A stretch of 33,371 nucleotides of DNA from Anaerolineae bacterium. Its GTDB lineage: Bacteria > Chloroflexota > Anaerolineae > 4572-78 > NAK82. The notes under the pieces were generated by a model, which was not told the DNA's origin, made no database searches, and saw only the letters and a program-made list of their open reading frames with translations. The stretch covers positions 1 to 33,371 of the forward strand of contig JANXAX010000002.1 of the NCBI GenBank assembly GCA_025062175.1, read 5' to 3'. Shown in pieces: positions 25,736 to 33,371 of the stretch; the stretch's first letter is position 1, and each line of letters begins with the position of its first letter. A program made the translations under genes and the position numbers.

Positions 25736-26695
25736 TTACGCAAACACGTCTTCCAAGACGCTGTCCAAAGTGGCCGGCGGGCTCTCCTCGGCGAAGCGCA
25801 CCGCGTCGGCGATAACCTCTGCCACCTTTGCTTCGAGTGCATCCACGTCGGCCTGTGTCATAATCCCCTCCCGAAACAGGTGCTCCTGATAAAGGCGGAT
25901 TGGGTCGCGGGCGCGTTGTCTCGCCTCCTCTTCTTTGTCTCGGTACGGGCTTGGGTCACCGCGCGAGTGTCCCAGGAAGCGATAAGTTTGCGCGCCGATG
26001 AGTGTCGGACCTTCGCCCCGCCGAGCGCGCTCGATAGCCTGCAAAGCCACCTGGCGCACAGCTAGCACATCCTGACCATCCACTTCGATGCCGGGCATGC
26101 CATAGGCCTCGCCCTTGCGCGCGAACGAGTGTTCCGCCGTGGCATGCGTCCACGGCAGTGACATGGCATACTGGTTATTCTCACACACGAAAACGATCGG
26201 CAAGCGCCACAACGCAGCCATGTTGGCCGCTTCGTGGAAGATGCCCTCCGTCATCGCACCTTCTCCGAAGAAGGCGACAGTGACCCGGCCGTCGTTTTGC
26301 AGGCTCGACCATAACGCCGCACCCGTAGCGATGCCGATATGTCCGCCGACGATTCCGTTCGAGCCGAGATGGCCGAGCTGGACATCGACCAAGTGCATCG
26401 AGCCGCCACGGCCTTTGCAGTAACCTGTCTCTCGTCCCAACAGCTCGGCAATGATGCGGCGCAAATCGCCACCTCGGGCGATGATATGGCCATGCCCGCG
26501 GTGGGTGCTGGTGAGGTAGTCCTGCGGCTGCATTGCCGAGCAGACGCCGGTGGCCACCGCTTCCTGACCGATGCTCACGTGGCACATGCTGCTGGCCAGC
26601 TTTCCCTGGAGCAACAGCTCGAGTATCTTTTCTTCCGTGCGCCGGATCAGCACCATTGTGTAATACAAGTTGACCAACGTATCCCGATCTTCCAT
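25736..26695 (-). CDS. thiamine-diphosphate-dependent dehydrogenase E1 component subunit alpha (AcoA-like)
   Basis: TPP motif FFGEGAMTEG...NMA...VCENNQYA. THRGHGH and CKGRGGSMH motifs. At 319 aa it is short, like acetoin-type E1 alpha subunits. Confidence 0.95.
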   Translation of the reverse strand: MEDRDTLVNLYYTMVLIRRTEEKILELLLQGKLASSMCHVSIGQEAVATGVCSAMQPQDYLTSTHRGHGHIIARGGDLRRIIAELLGRETGYCKGRGGSMHLVDVQLGHLGSNGIVGGHIGIATGAALWSSLQNDGRVTVAFFGEGAMTEGIFHEAANMAALWRLPIVFVCENNQYAMSLPWTHATAEHSFARKGEAYGMPGIEVDGQDVLAVRQVALQAIERARRGEGPTLIGAQTYRFLGHSRGDPSPYRDKEEEARQRARDPIRLYQEHLFREGIMTQADVDALEAKVAEVIADAVRFAEESPPATLDSVLEDVFA

Positions 26696-26718
26696 AAGCC
26701 AGTCCTCTTCATTACTTG

Positions 26719-28278
26719 TTACCGATGAGCCTGCCGTGCGATGTGGCGAGTCATTTCGTGCATCAGATCGCGCATCTGAGGATAGGTGTTGATGTATTTA
26801 TCCACGAAGAACTGGTAGGCTTCGTGAGTAGCCGGATTCGGTATAATGCGCTCGGTCACGCGCACCATTGCCTTGGCGGCGGCTGCCAGGTTGGGATATG
26901 CGCCGCAGCCCACCGCTGCGCAGATGGCGGCGCCCAGCACCGCTGCGGACGCTCCCGCTTCGGTCAGGGAGATCGGCACGTTGCTCACATCGGCGTGGAT
27001 CTGCATCCACAGCTTGCTCTTGGTCGGTCCTCCCGACGCTACCAGCTCATGGGCGGTGTAGCCATATTGGCGCATCGTGCGCAAGATGTGCTCGGTGCCA
27101 TAGGCAATGCCCTCCATAATGGCGCGGAACACGTGCGCAGGGGTGTGGGACAGGGTGAATCCCCAGATCATCCCGCGTGCCTCCGGGTCGACATAGGGGG
27201 TGCGATTGCCCTGCCAATAATCCAGCACGATCAACCCATCCGAGCCAGGGGGCAATTGGGCGGCTTCCTCAGTGAGCAAGTCGTAGGCGCTGATGCCCAA
27301 GGCCTGCGCTTTTTGCACATAGCTGCCGGCGAAATTGTCGCGGAACCAGCGCACCACCGAGCCGGTTGAAATCTGGCCACCCTCTACCGTGTATTGGCCA
27401 GGGATCAGACAATCTGTGTAAGCACCAAAGATGCCCTTGCCATGAAATTGATGGGCGGATTGCCCCAAGAGCAGGTGCGAGGAACCCACGATAAAGGCCA
27501 TCTTACCCGGCTCGACCACGTCCAAACCGAGCATCGCGATATAGGCGTCGGCGCCACCTTGCGCCACCGGAATGCCAGGCTTGAGTCCGAGTGCGTCGGC
27601 CGCTTCGGGTCGCAAAGTGCCCACCACCTCGCCGAGATTGAGGATGCGCTGCGGGAATTTGGCCAGCAAATCCCCCAGTCCGATACCTTCGTAGAAATCC
27701 GTTGGGAAGCCCCCTGTGTTGCGATCATAATACCAGCGGATGCTGGTGTTGTTGATGCTGCCCACCCATTCGCCGGTCAAGCGGTGCATGCACCAATCCA
27801 CATACTCGCCCACGTAGCGCGCTTGTGCCCAAACCTCGGGTTGATTTTCCTTGACCCAGAGCGCCTTACATGGCATCCATTCCGCTGACACGTTGCCATA
27901 GCCGTTGTATTTGAGAGCCGCGTACCCGCTGGCGGCGATGCGGCGCGCCTGGTCGGCAGCGCGCACGTCCATCCAGATGATGGCCGGACGCAACGGCTGG
28001 AAACGTTCATCCATGAAGACCACAGTGCAGCTGGTGAAATCACCGCTGAGACCCGTGATCGCATGCGGATGCAATCCTGACTTCTCAAGCGCCTTTCGCA
28101 CAGCGCTGACGATCGCCGTCCACCACTCTTCGGGGTTCTGTTCTGCCCATCCTGGGTGTGGGTGATAGACCGGATAGGGCACTGCCTCCGAAGCGACCAT
28201 CTTCCCCTGGGGATCAAAGATGGCGGCACGCACGCTCTCCGTGCCGCAGTCGATGCCGAGAAAGTGCTGATCTGCCAC
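26719..28278 (-). CDS. FGGY-family carbohydrate kinase (ribulokinase / pentulose-kinase-like)
   Basis: FLGIDCGTESVRAAIFD, DYWQGNRTPYVDPEARG and ASGGPTKSKLWMQIHADV. GTG start is preceded by AAGGAGGA. Confidence 0.9.
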   Translation of the reverse strand: MADQHFLGIDCGTESVRAAIFDPQGKMVASEAVPYPVYHPHPGWAEQNPEEWWTAIVSAVRKALEKSGLHPHAITGLSGDFTSCTVVFMDERFQPLRPAIIWMDVRAADQARRIAASGYAALKYNGYGNVSAEWMPCKALWVKENQPEVWAQARYVGEYVDWCMHRLTGEWVGSINNTSIRWYYDRNTGGFPTDFYEGIGLGDLLAKFPQRILNLGEVVGTLRPEAADALGLKPGIPVAQGGADAYIAMLGLDVVEPGKMAFIVGSSHLLLGQSAHQFHGKGIFGAYTDCLIPGQYTVEGGQISTGSVVRWFRDNFAGSYVQKAQALGISAYDLLTEEAAQLPPGSDGLIVLDYWQGNRTPYVDPEARGMIWGFTLSHTPAHVFRAIMEGIAYGTEHILRTMRQYGYTAHELVASGGPTKSKLWMQIHADVSNVPISLTEAGASAAVLGAAICAAVGCGAYPNLAAAAKAMVRVTERIIPNPATHEAYQFFVDKYINTYPQMRDLMHEMTRHIARQAHR

Positions 28279-28329
28279 GTGATCCTCCTTGGCTGGTAGA
28301 ATCTGAAAATTCTTCGGAAGCGCACGCGC

Positions 28330-29322
28330 TTAGAAGAAACGGATTTCCTCGCGCCGCACGGCGAGCAAGACAGCAAAAATCAAAATGCCTCCGCGCACGA
28401 TATTTTGCAGATAGAAGGGTGCGCCCACCATGTTGAGGCCGTTGTTGATGATACCCAGCGTCAACACACCGACCAGGGTGCCAAGGATGTTAGCCTGGCC
28501 GCGCTTGATGGTGGTCATGCCCAAGAACACCGCCGCCAGCGCGTCCATTGTGTACGGATCAGCCCCTTGCGGTTGCGCCGAGCCGAGGTAAGAAGTGAGC
28601 ATCACACCGGCCAGGGCGGCGAAGAACCCACTGCACACCAGACCCAAGAAGCGGTAGCGCTCGGTATTGATCCCGCTGAGCTTGGCTGCTTTGGGATTGG
28701 CACCGGTGGCGATCACGTAACGCCCGGCGCGCGTCTTGTTGAGAAAGAGATATTGAACCAGCAACACCGCCAGGGCGAGGATGACAGCGAAGGGCACCCC
28801 ACCCACGAATCCCTGGCCGATGAATTTGAAGGTGGCTGGCATTTGTCCATAGATGGAGTCGCCCCCCGCATAGGCGAAGTTGACTCCCAAGGCAATGGAT
28901 GAGCCGCCGATGGTGGCGATCAACGAAGGCACACGAAACACGGTGACGATAAAGCCAAACAACGTTCCGAAGGCGGCTCCGGAGAGCAACGCGACCATGA
29001 GTGCCACTTCGAAGGTCTGTTCCTGGCGCACCATCAAGCCGGCCACCAGAATGCCGGCTAAGCTGGCAACCGTCCCAACCGAGAGGTCGAATTCACCCGC
29101 GGCGACACAGATGGTCAGACCACCTGCCACGACAGCCAACGTGGAAACTTGGCGTAGAATGTTGAGCAGATTGCGCCCACTGACAAACCGACCTTCTAGA
29201 ACCCAGAAAGCCACAAAGACGATCACCAGGGCTAAGACCGTGCCGTAGCGTGCGATGAAATCCTCCCAATCGATCGCAGGTAATCTCAGCTTTCCCACTG
29301 TCGGGGCTTGCTCCACCTTCAT
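28330..29322 (-). CDS. sugar ABC transporter permease (RbsC-like, BPD_transp_2)
   Basis: Polytopic protein with RbsC-like glycine-rich TM pattern. The ATG at 29322 follows AGGAGG, whereas the ORF-track ATG at 29349 has no RBS. Confidence 0.9.
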   Translation of the reverse strand: MKVEQAPTVGKLRLPAIDWEDFIARYGTVLALVIVFVAFWVLEGRFVSGRNLLNILRQVSTLAVVAGGLTICVAAGEFDLSVGTVASLAGILVAGLMVRQEQTFEVALMVALLSGAAFGTLFGFIVTVFRVPSLIATIGGSSIALGVNFAYAGGDSIYGQMPATFKFIGQGFVGGVPFAVILALAVLLVQYLFLNKTRAGRYVIATGANPKAAKLSGINTERYRFLGLVCSGFFAALAGVMLTSYLGSAQPQGADPYTMDALAAVFLGMTTIKRGQANILGTLVGVLTLGIINNGLNMVGAPFYLQNIVRGGILIFAVLLAVRREEIRFF

Positions 29323-29358
29323 CCCAATTTTTCCTCCTGCTACCTCCAAAAATTAAGA

Positions 29359-30882
29359 TCAAAGACGAGGCTCGGCGATGGCTGCTTCGGCGGCACCCAA
29401 CATATGTTGCAGGACGGTCTCCTGGGTAAAGTCTGGACGTCTGCCTGAGCAGACCACCCGGCCGGCGCGCATAATATAAATGCGATCGGCCAACACCATC
29501 AACTCTTCCAGGTCGGATGTCGCGACGACAACGCCAGCGCCCTGGGCGGCGAGACCACGGATGATATTCCACATCTCAGCACGCGCGCCTACGTCGATCC
29601 CTTCGGTCGGTTCATCGAGCAGGAAGACCTTGCCTTGCACGTCTTCGCTGACCGCCAGCCACTTGCCGAACACGACCTTCTGCTTGTTTCCACCGCTCAA
29701 GTTGCCCACGTTGGTGCGCAGGCTGGGGGTGACGATACCCAGCCGCTTGACCACGTTGCTGGCGGCGCGGCGCAGGCCTGATTCGGACACGATCCCGCCC
29801 GGGGAGCAATCGGGCAGACAGACGACCGTGAGATTTTCCAGCACGTCCAGGCGCATCATCAGCCCCTTTTCCATGCGTTTTTCGGGCACCAGGATAAGCC
29901 CGTTACGGATGGCTTGCTCAGGTGTTCGGATGCGCTTGGGTTCACCACGGACCAGGGTGGTGCCGCTGCGAACGTCCCGATAGCCCACCAGGCTCTCCAG
30001 CAATTCGGTACGTCCGGCGCCGACGACGCCGGCCAGGCCGACCACTTCGCCGGCATAAACCTTCAGGGACACATCATAAAACCCTTCACCGGATAGATTA
30101 CGCACCTCCAACAGGACGGGTCTCCCGGTGGCATCTACATAATCCGAGGTGGTCGCGGCGATCTCGTGTCCTACGATCAACCGCGGCACGTCTTCCGGCC
30201 GGTAGGCGCTGATCGGTCCGCTGCTGACCACCTTGCCGTCGCGCAAAATGGTGATGTGGTCTGCGATTTCGAACACCTCATCTAGATGATGGGAGACGAA
30301 GATGATCCCCACACCACGTTCCTTAAAGCGGCGCAGGGTGTCGAACAGATGCTCGGTTTCCGCAGCCGAAAGAGAGGCGGTGGGTTCGTCCAGGACGATC
30401 ACCTTAGGGGAAGTGCGCAGAGCACGGGCGATGTCCACCAGTTGTTGCTTGCCGGCACCGAGTTTTTCGACATCGGCGTCGATGTCCAAATCCCCGATGC
30501 CCAGATTTTCCAGGAGTTCACGCGCGCGCTGACGCAACAATTGGCTGTTGATGATCCCCAGCTGTGACGGCTCGATGCCCAACAGAATGTTCTCAGCGAC
30601 TGTCAAATGACGGATGAGTGTGCGTTCCTGGTGGACGACCACGATACCGTATTGGGTGGCATCGCGCGCGTGGCTCAGATGCACCAGCTGACCATCCAGG
30701 AAGATAGAACCGTGATCGGGTTTTTCCGCGCCAGCGATGACCTTGACCAGGGTCGATTTACCGGCGCCGTTCATCCCCACCAAAGCGTGGATTTGGGCGC
30801 GCTCCAGGGTGAAATCCACATGGTCCAGCGCCCGCACTCCGGGATACGTCTTGACGATGTCGCGCGCTTCGAGCAATGCCAT
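29359..30882 (-). CDS. sugar ABC transporter ATP-binding protein with duplicated ATPase domains (RbsA-like)
   Basis: Two nucleotide-binding domains: Walker A GMNGAGKST and GVVGAGRT, signature LSGGNKQK, Walker B VIVLDEPT and VFLLDEPT. Confidence 0.95.
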   Translation of the reverse strand: MALLEARDIVKTYPGVRALDHVDFTLERAQIHALVGMNGAGKSTLVKVIAGAEKPDHGSIFLDGQLVHLSHARDATQYGIVVVHQERTLIRHLTVAENILLGIEPSQLGIINSQLLRQRARELLENLGIGDLDIDADVEKLGAGKQQLVDIARALRTSPKVIVLDEPTASLSAAETEHLFDTLRRFKERGVGIIFVSHHLDEVFEIADHITILRDGKVVSSGPISAYRPEDVPRLIVGHEIAATTSDYVDATGRPVLLEVRNLSGEGFYDVSLKVYAGEVVGLAGVVGAGRTELLESLVGYRDVRSGTTLVRGEPKRIRTPEQAIRNGLILVPEKRMEKGLMMRLDVLENLTVVCLPDCSPGGIVSESGLRRAASNVVKRLGIVTPSLRTNVGNLSGGNKQKVVFGKWLAVSEDVQGKVFLLDEPTEGIDVGARAEMWNIIRGLAAQGAGVVVATSDLEELMVLADRIYIMRAGRVVCSGRRPDFTQETVLQHMLGAAEAAIAEPRL

Positions 30883-30921
30883 TTTGGGGTAAATCTCCCA
30901 AACGTGTTAAAGGGTATGAAA

Positions 30922-30955
30922 CGGTCGCCGCCAACGGGAAGTTGGCAGGCGACCG
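30922..30955 (-). other. intercistronic stem-loop between the SBP and ATPase genes
   Basis: CGGTCGCCGCCAAC (30922-30935), GGGAA loop, GTTGGCAGGCGACCG (30941-30955). This gives a 14-bp stem with one bulged A and no T-tract. Confidence 0.55.
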
Positions 30956-31010
30956 CTTGCGAATCAAGGACTGGACATCTCCGCCTGGGCCGTGAAGAGT
31001 GGATGCCGGT

Positions 31011-32105
31011 CTATTCTTTGACCATCGCCTGCTCGAAGAAGAGCTGGTAGAAGTCGACCGTCTCCCACGGCATCTTGCCTTCGGGCGGCATATTAACCCC
31101 TTTGACGATGAAAGGTGCCGGGAAATCCACCTGTGGCACTGGCACCACCTCTTTGGCCGGCCGCCCTTTGCCCACGATTTCGTCGACGAAGGAACCGGCG
31201 AGGGCACCCCACAGCTCGAAGGCCTGTGCCGGCGTGGCCACCAGCGGATAGTCCGGGTTGCGCATCTCTTCGACGGCCGGAGGATGGCCATCGGCGCCAA
31301 CCACGAAGGCATCCTTGACCGTCATACCCTGGCTGACCAGCGCTTGCGCGGCCGCTTGCGCGGGTTCATCCCACGGGCACCAGATGGCATCGATGTCCTC
31401 GCCATAGCGGTTGATCCAATCGTTCACGGTGTTGAGCGTGGTCTCGAAGAAACCTTCGTATTGGATGACCTGGTCGGCCAGCACCTTGATGTTCTCATTT
31501 TCCGAGAGGACGGCATCTCGCACCTTGCCACGCTTGCGTGTCCCGTGATGGAAGTTGGCGGTGATGGTGCAGATGTTGGCCTCGGTCTTACCCTCGCCCA
31601 GCAGGCGCTGCACCAGGTAGGAGGTCATATGGGAGCCCATCACATAGTTGTTGGAGGCGATGTCGCAGATCGCCGGCGGGTAGTAGCCCGAGTCGACCGA
31701 CAGCATCGGAATACCGGCCTTGGCAACAGCTTGCAAGGCACCCTGAGCAGCGGTCAACGTGCCGAAGGTGACGATGATAGCGTCCACTCCGCGTGAGACC
31801 GCATCTTCGATCGTAGCCGAGAGCTGCCCCGGATCCCCCTTGGCATCGGTCACGGTGACGTCCCAGGGGAGGCCGGAGGCCTTCAGCCAGTTCTCAAAAC
31901 CCGCCTTGACACGCTGATTGCTCTGCGCCGAGAGCTGCTGGCACAAATAGGCGATTTTGAGCTCTTTCTTCTGGCGCGGCACATCGGGTCGCACATGGGA
32001 GAAAAGGTCTTTGGCAAACGCTGCGGTTACCGAGTTAGAAAACGCCAATCCGGCAGCACCGAGTGCGCTGGCCATCAGAAACTCACGTCGTGTTACCTTT
32101 GACAT
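31011..32105 (-). CDS. sugar ABC transporter substrate-binding protein (RbsB-like, Peripla_BP_4) with TAT-like signal
   Basis: MSKVTRREFLMASALGAAGLAFS signal peptide and a type I periplasmic-binding fold pattern (VDAIIV, VVGADG). AAAGGGGGA RBS. Confidence 0.9.
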   Translation of the reverse strand: MSKVTRREFLMASALGAAGLAFSNSVTAAFAKDLFSHVRPDVPRQKKELKIAYLCQQLSAQSNQRVKAGFENWLKASGLPWDVTVTDAKGDPGQLSATIEDAVSRGVDAIIVTFGTLTAAQGALQAVAKAGIPMLSVDSGYYPPAICDIASNNYVMGSHMTSYLVQRLLGEGKTEANICTITANFHHGTRKRGKVRDAVLSENENIKVLADQVIQYEGFFETTLNTVNDWINRYGEDIDAIWCPWDEPAQAAAQALVSQGMTVKDAFVVGADGHPPAVEEMRNPDYPLVATPAQAFELWGALAGSFVDEIVGKGRPAKEVVPVPQVDFPAPFIVKGVNMPPEGKMPWETVDFYQLFFEQAMVKE

Positions 32106-32285
32106 AAAGCATGTCCCCCTTTCCCTTCCTCATTGAATTGACTTAGCCATTGCAGATTTGCCTTGTCATTTGCGGAAATGATGAAGACCGGCGCGCTGAC
32201 GGGACTACTGGGTAACATGGGCGTGCTCCGCTGCACATCACCCCCTTTCAGAAATGTCACCATCTGCCCTTACTCACTATGATCC

Positions 32286-32314
32286 AGTATAACACTCGCA
32301 TGCACATATGTCAA
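32286..32314 (-). promoter_or_regulatory. near-consensus sigma70-type promoter of the transporter/kinase/E1-E2 operon
   Basis: On the minus strand: TTGACA (32314-32309), 17 nt spacer, TATACT (32291-32286). It sits in an AT-rich patch about 180 nt upstream of the SBP start. Confidence 0.6.
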
Positions 32315-32333
32315 TCATTTGGACAAATGTGCA
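32301..32333. promoter_or_regulatory. imperfect inverted repeat overlapping the -35, candidate operator (SorC regulator?)
   Basis: TGCACATATGTC (32301-32312) and GACAAATGTGCA (32322-32333) match at 11 of 12 positions with a 9-nt spacer. Confidence 0.4.
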
Positions 32334-32439
32334 AACATTATATAAATTTAAAAACCTGTGAGGTTTGGTAGATCTAGGGGGATCCACAGAGTCAGAAACC
32401 CAGGTGAACGGCTAGATAAGGCGCTTAGAAGGGTACATC

Positions 32440-33267
32440 CTAGGGCATGCTGGGAGATGCCGGGGTCAGGGTGAGGAGCAGCGGAGAACCCTCCTCAACT
32501 TTTTCCCATATCTGGTCCACCACCTGCCCACGCTGTCCCATGCGCCCCATCGATTTTCCGTTGACGATCGCTTCCACGCCGCCGGCGTTGCCCACGCGCA
32601 CAGCCACTTGCCTCTGTCCATTCCAGTGCTTTTCGTCGCCCGGCCGTAGAATGCCCTCGAACTCTTTCACCCCGTCCACAAACACCTGTACCCAGGACTC
32701 CTCGGTGATGCGCAGTTCCACCGTGACACCGGTGTAATACACGGGGGTGGGAGTGTGCGTGGGAGTGGGGGTGAGCGTGGGCAGCGGAGTAGGCGTCGGC
32801 AGGATAAAAACGGCTTCCTCGGTGGGACGCATCGACTCTCTTGCGCTCTCCAGCAGGCGCGACCATTGTTCCTGAAGGGCGTAAAAGGCCCCCACAAGGC
32901 CACCCACCACGACCAAAACTACCAGGACAACAACCAAGAAATCACCCGGCGTGCGCGTCGAAGCGCCAATGGGGATGTCCTTGTAGACGATGCCCCTCTC
33001 GGACAGCATCGCACCGTCGTCCGGCACCTCTAACGGGCGTGTCAGCCCCTCAAACATGCCCACCAGGACGTCTGGATCCAGCTTGAGCACCGAGGCATAG
33101 CTGCGCAGGAAACCACGCCCTACCACCGGGTCGGGCAGCTCCTCAAAGCGTTCCTGTTCTAAAGCTTCCAAGTAGCGGCGCTGAATGTACGTGATGGTCT
33201 GGACATCCTCCAGGGTCAGACCCAGCTCCTCACGGGAACGCCGCAACAGATCACCCAGCTCCTTCAC
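32440..33267 (-). CDS. rodZ: RodZ-like HTH domain protein (HTH, single TM, Pro/Thr linker, DUF4115-like C-terminus)
   Basis: N-terminal LGDLLRRSREELGLTLEDVQTITYIQRRYLEALEQERFEELP, one TM segment (FLVVVLVVLVVVGGLVGAFYAL), a PTPTPLPTLTPTPTHTPTP linker, and C-terminal WVQVFVDG...NAGGVEAIVNGK. GTG start follows AGGGGTGA. Confidence 0.8.
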   Translation of the reverse strand: MKELGDLLRRSREELGLTLEDVQTITYIQRRYLEALEQERFEELPDPVVGRGFLRSYASVLKLDPDVLVGMFEGLTRPLEVPDDGAMLSERGIVYKDIPIGASTRTPGDFLVVVLVVLVVVGGLVGAFYALQEQWSRLLESARESMRPTEEAVFILPTPTPLPTLTPTPTHTPTPVYYTGVTVELRITEESWVQVFVDGVKEFEGILRPGDEKHWNGQRQVAVRVGNAGGVEAIVNGKSMGRMGQRGQVVDQIWEKVEEGSPLLLTLTPASPSMP

Positions 33268-33299
33268 CCATCACCCCTATCGTATGGTACGGCAGTTCT

Positions 33300-33328
33300 A
33301 GCATAAACGAGCCGGAAGCAAAAGTCAA
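33300..33328 (-). promoter_or_regulatory. candidate promoter of the RodZ-like gene
   Basis: On the minus strand: TTGACT (33328-33323), 17 nt spacer, TATGCT (33305-33300). It lies about 30 nt upstream of the start codon. Confidence 0.5.
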
Positions 33329-33371
33329 GGTAGTGGGTGTGCCAGGAGATAAGCGGGGTTCAAACCGAACC

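Noticed and set aside
22582-32105. Calling the operon a bona fide lsr (AI-2) locus.
   Set aside because: There is only one permease gene and no LsrF or LsrG. The kinase shows ribulokinase/pentulose-kinase-type motifs rather than features I can tie to LsrK. The Lsr parallel is kept only as an architectural analogy.
32740-32810. Imperfect short tandem DNA repeat (GGGAGTG/GGGGTGAG-like units).
   Set aside because: It is the coding image of the Pro/Thr-rich linker (PTPTPLPTLTPTPTHTPTP) of the RodZ-like protein, not an independent repeat element.
33340-33371. tRNA-like T-loop (GGTTCAAACC) at the window edge.
   Set aside because: The flanking bases do not form a T-stem or an acceptor stem, and the segment is truncated by the window end. 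The evidence is insufficient.
1-33371. CRISPR arrays, rRNA/tRNA genes, defence-system or toxin-antitoxin modules.
   Set aside because: I scanned both strands and all gaps over 50 nt. No regularly spaced repeats, no RNA gene signatures and no small paired ORFs with toxin-antitoxin-like organisation were found.

Overview
High-GC bacterial chromosomal window (about 60% GC in the lines I hand-counted). I call 27 protein-coding genes and see no rRNA, tRNA, CRISPR array, transposase or integrase. The protein style (TAT-signal solute-binding proteins, a RodZ-like protein with a Pro/Thr linker, a three-subunit acyl-CoA carboxylase) is reminiscent of Chloroflexota-type genomes, but taxonomy cannot be verified here. 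Gene order, left to right: (1) 3' end of an acetamidase/formamidase gene. (2) A plus-strand LacI-regulated sugar locus: LacI, solute-binding protein (SBP), two permeases and a GH127 beta-L-arabinofuranosidase. It is driven by a near-consensus promoter carrying two perfect palindromic operators. (3) A long minus-strand run from 17348 to 7763: acyl-CoA carboxylase carboxyltransferase, biotin carboxylase, BCCP, Ogt, a ModE-N-domain regulator, MoeA, an FGGY kinase and a low-GC GT-C-type membrane glycosyltransferase-like gene. (4) Plus-strand genes: a phosphofructokinase with PPi-type signature residues, an aldo/keto reductase, and an unusual 758-aa fusion of a membrane di-iron desaturase, a Rieske domain and an NqrF-like reductase. 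(5) A nine-gene minus-strand operon: Rbs-like ABC transporter, FGGY pentulose-type kinase, acetoin/2-oxoacid-dehydrogenase-like E1 alpha and beta, a stand-alone lipoyl protein, an E2 catalytic domain and a SorC regulator. (6) A RodZ-like gene. The two most interesting items are the self-sufficient desaturase-Rieske-reductase fusion and the sugar uptake/kinase operon wired to a TPP/lipoyl cleavage complex with a split E2. All functional calls rest on motif recognition by eye; no database search was run.
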